A DNA stretch of 51,981 bases, filler included, from Dirinaria sp. TL-2023a (GCA_051941275.1; 3 parts of 3 records of this genome joined end to end with filler, not necessarily neighbours in it); one strand, 5' to 3'; positions 36,440-48,806 are shown, numbered from the whole stretch's first letter. Notes: generated by a model from the sequence alone, not told the origin. Translations and numbers: made by a program.

Positions 36440-37225
36440 TTTTACCAATGTTCGGGAAAAGTCGTGGGGGAAAGGTCCAGGGGGAAATTCTGGGGGCGTT
36501 TTCTTCCCTTAAAAATGTATGGACATGATCATCTGACCGATTTCGAGGGAGATTGAGGGGTTCAGAGGGGCTTGAGGCGTTCACATTTTCTTTACCTTGG
36601 GACTCTTCTTCCCTCCCAACCTGGCCCGAGGGACCGGCGATCTCGAAATGGGCGGTTATCGCGGTTATCGCTTGCTAGTGCGAGCCTCAGGCTGCTTAGT
36701 AATGCTCTCCAGTTGCACTTTGGCCCCTACTGCCTGTTAACAAAGCGATCTAGAACCTGCCATAATATCCAACAGTCCATAGACCCTACTCTTCAAAACA
36801 AAATCCTTTGAAAATAGTCGCCCGGTTCAATCAAACCAGTTGATGAGATTACAGAGTATTTCACTAAGGTCGTTCCGGACGTCAAAACTGCTTCAGTTGC
36901 TTCCATCAAAACGTGCGGTCGCAAAGCTTTGGGGGAGCCTTTTCGGCGCCTTCGGCTTAAAGAACCTCAGAGTCAATAAACAGTCGGTGGGATATAAGCA
37001 CTGCAAATAACTCCTCTTCCTGCAAAACACAACATACTCCTTCTCACAATTTTTACGATATTCCAGTCGAGCTGGTTGATTTTTCTTGACTTTTCTCCTG
37101 AAAAAATATTTTCATTGTGGCCTCATTTGAATCTGCTGCTCTTCACAAGTCCCTTGGCTCTCAAATTTCCCAGAGGAGATAAAACAACCACAGTACAACG
37201 TGGTCCAGTGTACATCTTGTAAGAA

Positions 37226-38546
37226 ATGGCACTGGCTGAAGATGCAGCGTCTGTTCTCGAGCAGTTTGTGCAGGATGGTAAGCTTTCGCTGCCAATCTAT
37301 AAAATTATAATATCTCTAACCTCACCACACAGTAGCAAACTTGCCCGCAGAGATGGCGCATTTGCTCGAAGAAATCCAAGCCAAAGATCGAGTTGTTCAA
37401 GAATGTCGAAGCGTGGTCAATACACGCGACAATAGCATTCAAAAGTTTCTGAAAACCAACGGATGTGCGCAGCCGAACCCGAAGGAGGAGGCGTACGTCA
37501 AAAATTGCATGTCGAACTTCGACAAGGCCCGAGTCATCCAAGAGGAGAAAGTTGCCTTGAGCGAGAAAGCCGCGACTCTGCTCGACCGGCAGATCCGACG
37601 GCTTGACCTGAAAATCCGAGACCTCCAGAACGAAGGAGCCATATCGATAGACCCTCAATTGCCTTCTCTGCTCAACAACAACACCCACCGTCTGCCGTCC
37701 CTGTCGAGCTCGACAACTGGCGCCCCGAATCCACTCCACCCGCTATCCGGCAACGCCGGTCCGTCAACAACGATAGCGAACAACCCACTTACTCGCCTCG
37801 TCCAGCCATCTACTTCCACCAGCAGGCATGCATCTCCCGCCAAGGCGCCTCAACCACCAGTCACGACCAACGGCACCGCGTCCGCCGCATCAGCTCTAAA
37901 CCCATCCCGCTCCTCCTCCTCCGACCCCTCCAAACGCCGGCGTCTCAACAACGGCCATCTCTCCGTCCCTCCCGCTTCATCATCCCTCCGCCAATCCTCG
38001 CTCGGCCCGGGCACGCCGAAGCCTCAAGCCGCCCAAGCCGCTCGCGGCAGCAGCGTGGGTCCACGGCCCACGACGAAAAAACCGCCGCGAACAGCCCCAC
38101 CCCATCAACGCATCGGGCACCTGAACCCGACGAAGAAGCCGTCCAACGCGCAAGCCCGGCGGCGCCTGCACGGCGCGAACCGCAAATCCGGGCTCTCGAC
38201 CAACGTGAAGGCCTCGCCCTCCATCTCCTCGACGGGGGACAGCGCCTCCGTGTCGGAGCTCGACGGCGTTGGCGGCGGCGGCGGCGGCGGTGACGCCGAA
38301 GACGCGGGCTCCGACGTCGAGATGGGCGAGGGCGACATCGGGGACGAGGACGCCGACGCCGAAGGTGACGATACCCGCAAGTACTGCACCTGCCGCAGTG
38401 TTAGTTACGGTAATATGGTCGCGTGCGACAACGATGATTGCCCGTATGAATGGTTCCATTGGAACTGTGTCGGCATGACGCGCGAGCCGGCGGGGAAATG
38501 GTATTGCCCCGAGTGCACGCAGAGATTGGTGGTTGAGAAGCAATGA
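37226..38546 (+). CDS. YNG2: ING-family PHD finger protein (Yng2-like, NuA4 subunit)
   Basis: [39 protein letters not shown] domain; [34 protein letters not shown]...KWYCPEC. Confidence 0.92.
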
Positions 38547-39133
38547 TTGGATGAAGAGGAACAGGATTAGGATAGGGGGGGGTTGGCTTTGAAGGGAGGA
38601 AGATTGGGAAGATAGGTAGCAAATGGCGTTTTGAATAAATGGGGGATATAGAGGGCTGAGCGTAGTGTCTGTGTATAGTGAGCTTTTGCTTGCATTCATA
38701 AAGGGGGCATATGTAAGATATGTAGGTGCTCGTACAAGGTCGTCTAGCATGTTTCTGTGGTGTGAAATCTAGAAGCTGAAGATTTTAAATCAAATTAACA
38801 CCCAAAAAAATGAAAATAAATAAAAAACAAAAACAAAGACAAAATCATTTTTTAAAGTGCCACCTCAACCAACCGATGCGAATCTAAAGAAGGGAAAAAT
38901 AAAAGATGGATATATGGAGGAAGAGGAGTAAGTACTGATGTTGAATAATAGCATGGTATATTCCCAGGCGGACATTTGGTTCCTTTTGCACCGGGGAAAA
39001 ATCCAAAACAAAAAAAAGAATCGTGCAGGCTTTCCATTCGTTTTGTTTATTTGACTAGAACCATAACCCTAGGTACATGTACCTACACCATGCCGACTGC
39101 ATCGCACTCTCTATCTCTCTCTCCCTCTCTCTC

Positions 39134-41221
39134 TCAAGGTTGCGCATCCACGAATTCATCCACGTCGTGGGTCAATGTGTCCTGCCGTTTGAGCGGCGCC
39201 CCGTTCTCCGGCTCCAGAGGCTTCTGCAGCCCCGCGGGCAGCTGGCCCGACTCCAACGTCGGAGGGTTCGACGAGAGCTGAAGCTGAGGGGTTGTTGTTT
39301 GGCCGAAGTCGATTAGATCGGCGAGGCCGCCCTGGCTTGGCTGGCTCGTTGGGGGTGGTTGTTGATGATGTTGTTGTTGCAGAGTTTGGGGCTGTTGTGG
39401 CTGTTGCGGTTGCTGCTGCTGCTGCTGACCGCCGTTCATTTGCTGTGATGTTTGGCCCTTCAGGATTGGCGCGATGGAGAGGATTTGCTTCACTTTCGCT
39501 TCGGGAGTGGGGCCGTCTCTGTTTGGTTTGGAAAGTCAGTAATCGTGGTTTTTGTGGAAAGATGTTTAAAAACATGAACAGACATCTCGGCATTCAGTAT
39601 CCAGTCTAGATCCTCTTCGCCTTCCTCGGGCCCTCCTGGGCCACCCCTTACTTTCCTGAAAAGTTTCGGCTGCCACTCCACGCCCTGCTCTGTTCTCTTG
39701 GCGGTCTCTTCTCGCTGTCTATCTTCAATTTTGGTCTTCTCCTCCGTAGCAAGTGTATGGTCTCGGTCTTTTATCGCCAAGACAGTGGAATGCCACAATC
39801 TCTGAGATTCACGTTCATCTTGTTCCTCTAGTGGCCGTACCATTGGTGGTGAGTGTTTCGCGTTGGTGGCGTCAAAAAGGACTTGTTTCTGGCCAGTCTG
39901 TTGCTCCATCAGCAGCTGCGCAACGCGCTCGTACAGCAGGGTTTTGCGAAAGCCTACTGTGATGTTTTTGGCAAGCATCTCACCACTCCACATCCCTGAA
40001 AGCTCGAACAATGTCTCACCTGTCCGCTCATTCTTGATAACGCCACCAATTGCATTATAAGTGCCGCCAAAATAGCCTTTCGTTTTGAAGTCTATGTCCG
40101 CAACGAGCCCGGTTTCAGGACACCGAACGTAGCTATGGTCGCCTAATTCGTACTTCATCTTGCCAAACAATATGCCCCGGGCATACATGTTTGGCTGTGT
40201 GAGAAAGCTATGCAGGAGCTTCTGCGTCAATATTTGCCATGTAAAGCAGGTGCCGATTGGTGAACGCACTATTTCTCGCCACCGATACTCCTCCCCCTGT
40301 TCATTAGCCGTAAAATAGCTACACCCTCCATCATGCTCGCTGCTGAGTTTCCTAAGAATTTGCTTCGCGGTTTTAGTGCGCCATCTATTCTTATGCCATG
40401 TTCCGGGGCCATGTAGAAGTAGCTGGATTTTGGGGGATGATGTGATGTTTGTTCAGATATGTAGTAGCCTCTTGTGTGATCTGGGAACTCCCAGCAACAT
40501 GTAAATGTCTCGCCAAGGATTGGATTCAGTGGCTTCTTGACTCCCCTGGATACCTTGTTATCTCTTTGCGTGCTCAAGATTTGGCAGTTGCAGAGAGGCT
40601 TACGGGGGTTTTATATGCCAGCCGCTCAAATAAAATTTTACTACTGACAGGAATCGCTGGACCGGGTCGTCGATATCGGGGATAGGGATCATATTCTCAG
40701 GGTGTGCCATGAAGCTAGGAGGTTCAGTGGTGTTTCTACGCACCGCAGCCAGTGGGCTCCTTACTTTGTAATTCTCTCCAGCATCGACCGAGGCTCTAGT
40801 ATGAAGGTTGGTAGGACAACCTTACTCAAGTCCGCGCCTGGCTTGAGCTGCGATATTATGTGGGATAGGACTACGTGTAAGGCATGTGTCATTCAATATT
40901 GCTCCGCTCTCATGACCCGACTGGTAGGTTCGGTGAATTCGGACTCGAGACTGACCATTGCCCTCCTCTCCCTCCACAACTGCACCCAGATGTTAGCCAA
41001 ATTTGTTCATTTTGTGAATGTTCCGAAAAGCCCACCAGTCTCATCACCGCCAACACCATCGGTTTTAGACTCATCGGCGGAGCTGCCTACAAATGGCTGT
41101 GTTAGCGTCGGCTTTTCCTTCAATTGCTAGAACAACTAATGCTGTAGCATGTATCTTTGACGATAGTCAACCAACCTTTGAGGGACATGCGCCGATGTCC
41201 ATGGCCGTGACCGAGGGGCAT
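39134..41221 (-). CDS. Short oxysterol-binding protein-related protein, Osh6/Osh7-like, multi-exon
   Basis: [51 protein letters not shown] signature [25 protein letters not shown]; polyQ tail ending [10 protein letters not shown]. Start [11 protein letters not shown] inferred from splice sites. Confidence 0.92.
39360..39427 (-). repeat. Coding CAG/CAA polyglutamine-rich repeat in the OSBP tail
   Basis: [23 protein letters not shown] encoded by CAG/CAA triplets. Confidence 0.8.
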
Positions 41222-42949
41222 CTTGACCAAAGGTTTGCTTCACCGCTGTTGAAGACTTTCTACGCTTCGGCTGAAGCATACAGAAAAGCAGTGGCGTAAT
41301 GAAGCGAAATGCCAAATTCGAATCTGTGGTAGCAGTGGCTTGGAACTTGAAGGTCGTGGGGCAGGGAGACCAAAGTTCCTCAAGTGAACCAGGCTGCTGC
41401 CAAAACCTGCAACCCGTGAATCGTGCGTCACGCTGCCTCTCTCGCCTGTTCATCGGAGAAGGAGAAGTAGTCCGACCGAAGCCAAGCTTCTCCGCGTTCT
41501 TGGCGAGATTCATAGTGGAGTGCATAAGGTATAAAGTACTGCAACTAATAATGCAAAGCTTACAATTATTGCTTATGACCGGCCTGTATGTACGGAGTAC
41601 AAGGACCTGATCCCGGATCGCCTTTACCAATGGGAACGTGCTTCTGCCAACTTTTAAAAGACTTGGATCGCATATTCCGCGATCATTTTGCCTTGTCGAA
41701 TCAGGTCTGAAGCTATTTCCTGCTTCGCTTGGCAACTTTCTTATTCGAGTACTCCTGCATGGCATTTCGCTACTACAACCTTATTAATTCTCGCGCAAGA
41801 TACCCAAACGAGATTTCTGCGCGGGCGCTAGTGTGCGTTCCGTGAGTCCTCAAGCCGGCTAAATAATGATCTTGGATCAATCTCAAGGGCACTTGGAACG
41901 GGCATCTTCTGAATACTGATTACTGACTAGATAAGACGTCTCGGTTCCAGCTACAAATGAGCATAAAAATGCGTATGCATGCAATAAGTAGAGTGACTGA
42001 GTCTTTCTAATGCTTAGGATGTTGGCTGCAACAAACGAGATTGTCCTCCAAGTCGAAATGTACAAAGCAGAGCTGAGCGTCTGTGCTGGACCAACATTAC
42101 TTGGGTCGAACGCCATGTGCTTGGATCCTGTGCCCTCTCCCATACCCTAACAAGAGTGTGCGCTTTTTGCTTGACCTTCTTATCGATGTATTGTTGTCTC
42201 ACTCCTATATCTTATTATTGATCCTTTTTATTGCGGTATCGATACAATTTCTACGGTTTTCCTGCTTGACAATATTAATGCAGCTCTAAGGATGGGGGAT
42301 TAGTCCGTCTTCATTTCAATCACAAATTTTGGTCATAAGTTGCTGGAGTGCTTGAAATTAGCAAACTACCAGAGCTTAGGATACCGATAATATTCTTTCA
42401 CCTATAGGAGCCTCGCCGTGGGGAATATCTTTGATTGGCCCATTATAATGAAATATACGAGACGAAAGTGCTCCGCAGTGTGTCTCAAATTTAAAGAGTT
42501 CCTAGGGAAGGTTCTTGTACGCAAGGTCTTACCAATGGAAACCACGATCGAGTGCGGGTCTTGCGTGTCATCGTCTCCTACTTAACTTCTGGCTCATCGT
42601 CCGAGGGGAATCCCATTTCAAACACATAAGGGGCTGTTTGCGGGTAATCTCAGCCAGGTCTTTCATGGTTGTGGAGCCAGCACATCCCCACCATTTATGC
42701 ACAATATCGAGAGCTTCTAAAACGCAATCGAAAAGCATCAAAGGCGTAAAAGTGGCTCCAGAGGGAAAAAGACATGTATCAGAGGCAAAACAAATGAAAC
42801 GTTGATCAAAGTTTAACGGATGAATTGATAAGATCTAGATTGCCTCAACATAAGCAGAACGGTCCCTAACACGACACGAGAAAGGCTCGAGCCCTCGCAC
42901 ACACACTGGGCCTGCTGAACATCAAATCCAGTCGCTTCTGTTAGATGAA

Positions 42950-43320
42950 GCACCCGAATGAACCAGATTAATGCTTGAAATAGTAGATACGGCCTGGATC
43001 TTTGCGAAACTCTTCTACCATGCGCGAGAAGCGATCAGTGGTAGTTGTATCTTGTATAAGAGAGCAAATAAGCGCTAGAAGAAGATCCGTTGTCCATCGA
43101 ACCTATCATTGCCTTGACTTCTCTCCAGCAGCTCAATTGGAATCGTTCAGTAGGAACACTGATCAGTTCATTCTATTCAGTAACATACTATGACAAGGAT
43201 ATCCGGGCCACAATTCTTTTCGCAGGCCAACCGCGGTCTCGATTCGTCAGCATGAAAGTTCACCTAGATCCAAGCTTCATACCGAAACTCCTTGGGAAAA
43301 AGATCTTGAAGCTACAGCCC
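42950..43320 (-). pseudogene. Possible decayed coding fragment
   Basis: Minus-strand reading frames LQDLFPKEFRYEAWI*VNFHADESRPRLACEK and EKSRQ**VRWTTDLLLALICSLIQDTTTTDRFSRMVEEFRKDPGRIYYFKH* look protein-like but carry stops. Confidence 0.25.
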
Positions 43321-44416
43321 GCATTGCTCCGAAACTTATATACTGCAATGGTCCGATTATCCATGTACCATGAAAAGGTGTGAGAAATAATGCAACTAAG
43401 GACCACAGACGTAGATACGAAAGCAGAAGTTTAACAGTTTCTTTCTAGCTATGGTAGGTTCCGAACCCTCTATCAATTTCATTCTATCAAGTTTGTTTCG
43501 CGCGATATGTAGTTCTATAATATCGAGTCTCAAATTCCATTGAGCATGCATCGTAACATTTCAATTCCGTAGCAAAATAGCAATTCTCATACTACACCTA
43601 ACAATCAGATACCTGACGAGCCTGTGGATCGCACTGTACCCTCTCTATGGAAAATCACCTGGCAGTAGTAGCGCTTTCGAGTCTCCATCAGAAATCATGT
43701 GATATTGCGCTTGAGCTCTTGGACAGGAGCTACTCGAAATGGATGTGCACATACCAAATATGGACGCAATTCAAAGCCTCCCTGTTTTTAGCATGATCAA
43801 TTTCAAAGTACTGACGCCTTTACCGAGTACCGACTCGCCTCAGGGATGCTGGAGCGCGATCACATCCCACATGCACCAGGAATGTTGATCGTCAGCGTCG
43901 TGGGATCACACATGAAGTGATTGGCTCGAATACAGTTTATCCCACATCTCCCGCACATGTATACGCGATATGCGCGCAAGCGGTATTTGTCGGATTGTTC
44001 CATTTTCTAGTGGATACAATCAATACGCTCTCCTATTTTCATTATTCCTCCTTATTCATGGATGATCGCCGTAGGTGTTAGGTGGTTTGATTCCCAGCTA
44101 CGGATCACGGCTCAGCGCTTGTTTCGTCGTCACCATGAAATCATGATGGTTACCTACCCTTTCACTAAGCTCTCCTCACACGCTTTTGATCTCTAGAAGA
44201 GGTGGATCAGTCCTTCGAAGTCTCTGCCTCTCTGGGCAACGCTTTGACGGCATATTGCCGGCCCTCAGCCATTCTTCTGTGAGTGGATGCATGCTGTAAA
44301 CGGGACTGGGAATCGCCGGAGCCATCTCCACGAGTCAACCTGCCTTGTATCCTCAAGCTACCTCAGCCTCCTCCAATACTCTAAATCACCCAAGCTACCA
44401 CCATCTCTGAATAGAG

Positions 44417-44794
44417 ATGTCTGTCCAGGACCCCAGCTTCTGGAAACGCTTTTCGAAGGCTGTCCATCTTGATGAAACCGCTCCATATAATCAACCCAAC
44501 ACAGGCTGGGTCGAGAGTCGACGACCCGAATTGAAGCACTCGTATGACCCCTGGGGGAAAGCTCATCTCTAGTCCCCTCCCACTGTCAATATGAAACGCC
44601 AAGGTTGCTGACCTTTGCGGGCTTCCAGAGAATCATGGCTTGAACGGCAAGCGGACAAACGCCGACGCAACCGGAACCGCATGCTCATCGGTGCTTGCAT
44701 ATTCGCCATTTTGGTCACCGTTATCGTGGTCATCATTGTCTGGCTCGAAAAGCATTCCTGGTTCCAGAATGGCGAGAAGCTCACGTTCCCCTAA
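44417..44794 (+). CDS. Small single-pass / tail-anchored membrane protein (96 aa), 2 exons (44417-44541, 44629-44794)
   Basis: MSVQDPSFWKRFSKAVHLDE...ELKHS|ESWLERQADKRRRNRNRMLIGACIFAILVTVIVVIIVWLEKHSWFQNGEKLTFP*; GTATGA donor, GCTGAC branch, CAG acceptor; 291 nt in frame. Not in the ORF track. Confidence 0.75.
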
Positions 44795-45397
44795 GCAGCT
44801 GCGGGAGGCAGCAACGACGATCCACTTCTTGGGCCTTTCGACGATTTATTTGCAACGATTCACTCGAAATGTCCCCGGCAGTCCAATCGCAGAAGGGCCA
44901 TCAACTCATTGTGAGAGCGTGAAATGCACTTTGGACTTGTGCTCGATGGGCATTTTCTAATCTATTTCTAAACTCGAGTGATTTAGCTGAGTTAGCATCG
45001 CGTTGGTGTGGGATTAATTGCATAGCTACGGGCACGCTTTGGTATTGCATCTGGTCAATGGCTTGTACCACGCTACAGGATAAGCGTTCGTATTAAAGCC
45101 TGTGGGATTATGGCTAGATCTGGCAGCATTGGAAGCCAACACATATGATACCATGATGCTGGTCATAGAGAGCTATTGATAGCAAGCATTTCGATTAAAG
45201 GTCAAACTTTCTTTCGCTCGATGTGCAAGCTACATACATTTGTTCATCCTAACGCCATGCTGTTAATGCCTCGCTTTTGACTTCATATCCCAGATTTGTC
45301 TCCATCCAGGGCTAAGGCATAGCCAGGTGGAGGATGCCGTTGAGCGCATGCTCGAACAAAAATAAATAAAAGAACCCCTATTTAACGGTATTCACGC

Positions 45398-46148
45398 TCA
45401 GTATCTCTTCCTCGTTGGCTCCGGGCTAGGACTCCGACTCATGCTCCTCTCATCTCTTCCCCTTTCTCTCAGCCACTTTTTCGTTCCCAGTTCCAACTCC
45501 CTCTCCAGCTCTGGACTTGGTTCCTTTCTGTGTATGAAATTACAGAAGCCGGCCCTCACACATCCTTCGCCACTATTGAGCCGACAACATGCTTCTCGAA
45601 AATCGGTCACCGGTGAGAGCTCGCAATAGATGGGCCGGGCAGCGTACCAGCGACTGTTGAGTGCATCACAAGCCGCTTGAGCAGAATCTTCGTATTTAAA
45701 GCGGGCATAGACGTTGCCGATCAAGTCTAGGAAGGTGCAGTCGTTAGCAACGATGTTTTCTCTTAGGTTAAATTAATTCAGGGTAACGACTTACGATCGT
45801 TATTATTGTCGCAGACGACAACCTCCTCCGGTTCCCCGTACTTGCACATCTCGCACCAAAAGTCTTCATAGAAAGCATCGAAGTGGTTCTGGAGCTGACT
45901 CGGGTTCATCTTGTTCTTGGGGTCATAAGCAGGGTTTTGGTAAAGGTTTGGTAGGAGGATCGTCTGGGAGTAGGACGGCTTGACATGTTTCCTTGAGCAG
46001 CGATCGCCGTGGCGACATGCACCGATTTTGTAGTAAAAGCTGCAATTGACCTTGAAGTATAGGTTAGTATTATCAAAGCTGGAAAGGATAGGCTGTAACC
46101 CACTTTATCTTGCTCGGTGCCGAAGATGGAAGCGAGGTAATTCGCCAT
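45398..46148 (-). CDS. U2AF1: Splicing factor U2AF small subunit (U2AF35/U2AF23), 3 exons
   Basis: MANYLASIFGTEQDK|VNCSFYYKIGACRHGDRCSRKH; HFDAFYED; HLIGNVYARF; ELSPVTDFREACCR; second CCCH finger and short RS tail. Confidence 0.98.
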
Positions 46149-46847
46149 CTCGAAGGATTTGAGGGAATCAGAAGCTTTTGTTGGCCGCTGCGAACTGATA
46201 TGAGGGTGAGTCTGGTGTTATCTGGCAAAGTCTGGAGAGTGGTCTGAGCTGGAGAATGGGAAGGAATTCATGCTATATAATGCCAAGCATGATGACAAAG
46301 CAAGCTTGGCGGTGTTTGCCGCCACCCGTGAAACTGAAAGTAATGTTTTCTTCTTCTCTGGATTTCTATCTAACTACCCATTCTCTTTCTCCGTACTGTG
46401 CCTTGGGAAGTCCTACTAACTACGAACAAGAGGTACAAGCTTCCTTTTGCAAGTGCCCTGTGACACACTAGCACCAAGCTCTTACGAAACCCTGCCTACC
46501 GTCGATGCCAGTTTACCAGATCAATTGGAAACAAACCTTGATATTACCGTCGATTGATGCTTTGCGCTCCTCAGCAACTACTTTGGAATGTAATGTCTGA
46601 TGCTAAGTATTGCTTTATTTTGCAGGAGTTCGGAAAAAGTGCCATAAACTGACCTCATCTTCACTCACTCACCGTACGAAGCGTAAATTCGTTAATCTCA
46701 CAGCGTGGATGAGTACACCCAATGTGAAATGGCGAATCCATTATGCGATATTTCAATTGCTCACATCATACGTAGTATGCCACACAGCGGTTTAGATATT
46801 GTATGTGAGTCTCTTGTAACCTCAAATAAAATCAAGCGTTGGTTCTC

Positions 46848-48806
46848 CTATCTACGACGAAATAAGCGCTCTACACACTTGCTGACGCTGTTCTTTCTCT
46901 TTTCCTTCTTCCTCCTCTCCTCCGCCTCTGCAGCCTCCGCTGCTGTATTTGATTGGTCAGAAATATCCAATCTTATATTTCAGCTTCACTCACCTGCTTC
47001 TTCCTCCCTCTTCTTCTCCTGCATCCGATTCTCAACGATCGTTTTCATCGTTGCAACATCCACCTCGTCCTCCCCCTGGAATCACCCGTCAGCTCCCTGA
47101 TTGCATCCATTGCAATGGCAACAAACCTCGATGTATATATATAGGGGCCGTGATCCGGGCCCCGGCATCATCCCGGGGAAAACAATCGAACCTCTCGTCG
47201 ACAGCTTCACCTTTCCTTCATGGATGAGGGATTCATCCCTCAGGCTTGGCATGATCCATTGTTGGACAAAGGCTATACTGCATTAGTATATGCTGGCTCA
47301 AGCTGAGGTCCTACGACTCACCGCTGTAGTCGCTCAGTTCGATTTCAGTCCAGTGATTTATGCCTAAGATTATCTCAATCTAAGTATACCTCACTAAGAG
47401 CCTCAGTGGGGAACGTACGCATGGCAAAGTTGAACCTCGTCATGATGACATTCCCCGGCCAATGTTCGCTCCAGCTTATCGCCAATTGGCCCTTCTCGGC
47501 TTCGAAGATCCACGGGTGCGGATAAATGCAGTACCGGTTGCCCCCAGCTTCCTTTCCAAAAGCATGGTAAATGTGGGTGAGATGCCAAGGTCCCTCCAGA
47601 CTCTCCGCCGCTCCCAACATCACCTGACTGTCCTTCCAACAGGTACATCCCACGGCCACCCATGGTTTGTCTCTTCCAAAGAGACTTGACTTGAAAATGG
47701 CGCCTTGTTGCATTCCGCGCATAAAGGGTTTCACACGCTCGATGTCCTCCACATATTCGAACCCATCCCAATAGCGGTACTCGTTACGAACATGAGGGCT
47801 GTTGAGCGGTACTCGGGCAAGCACAACCGCTTGTTTATGTGTTCCCCAGAGATAGATGAAGTTGCCTTCGACGAGTGTTGAGAAGGCTCCGATACGTGGC
47901 TCATGTTCGAAAAAGATCATGTCGTCGGCTCCAGGATTCTGAAGAATGCTGCCAGTTATACGCACCACATTGAGACGTCCGCTGGACTGTTCGACCGACA
48001 CACGCGCCACACATACCCCGTCTGATGCAATTCCCAAGTTAGCAACTCGCTGCCAAGGTAACAAAGGAATTTCTTAATCAATTATGGCTACGAAGCCGCT
48101 GCTCCAGCAGCCTCGATTTGCAAAAAGAATCCGTGAAATAGGGGAATTCGCATTGGTTAAAACTTACAGTACTTCACTTCGTTGTCCCCTCTATACACTG
48201 ATTTCTCAAACCAGAGCCATCCTACTCCTGGAGACGTCTCGACAATCCCACCGAAGCACCTTAATTAAATTCTCAGATCAGCATCTCATTACTGCGAGGT
48301 ATACTTAGGTACTCTCAGAACTTCCTGTTTCTCAAAGATTTCTCGAGACTCCAACGCAGACCGAGGATTGTGGGAATTTACGCAAGAAGAACATACCAGA
48401 GCTTTACTCGGAATATCTCCCGACGCGGAAGCTTGGTGGCTTGAATATCTTGCTCTTCCCGGTCTAATGGGATCAACGGTTCGACCATGCCGTCAGGATC
48501 GATCTTGAGATAGTGACTCTTGAGAGGCTCGTCTTTGGATGTGATTGCATAGGAAGTGGACTGAATTCCACGAAATACTCCATTCTCGTCCTTGCAGAAG
48601 GTGTCACCGTATATGTAGTAATAGCGACCTCCGATGATCACTGAGCGACCTATGTCTCGCGAGTAACCTCGCTTGTTGGTGTCTGATACGTAACCCAAAT
48701 CATCAACTGACTCCAACTCGGGCGGATACACGGCGCGGTACTCAGTACCCTCGGTCTGCACATCGGTATCTCCTCCACGAATGTTGATGTCTTGGCTAGA
48801 GGCCAT
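46848..48806 (-). CDS. DUF4185-like (beta-propeller glycoside hydrolase-like) protein, many introns, no signal peptide
   Basis: RDIGRSVIIGGRYYYIYGDTFCKD, FIYLWG, VLARVP, YRYWDG, EGPW, YCIYPHPW motifs resemble fungal DUF4185-type proteins; charged C-terminal exons modelled to TAG at 46850-46848 (3' exon structure less certain). Confidence 0.65.

Noticed and set aside
41136..41765. 209-aa ORF upstream of the OSBP gene
   Set aside because: No motif or codon bias; it overlaps the probable OSBP leader and first exon in another frame.
46289..46337. ATGATGA...CTGA as a box C/D snoRNA upstream of U2AF1
   Set aside because: Too short, no terminal stem and no recognisable rRNA guide; such motifs arise by chance.
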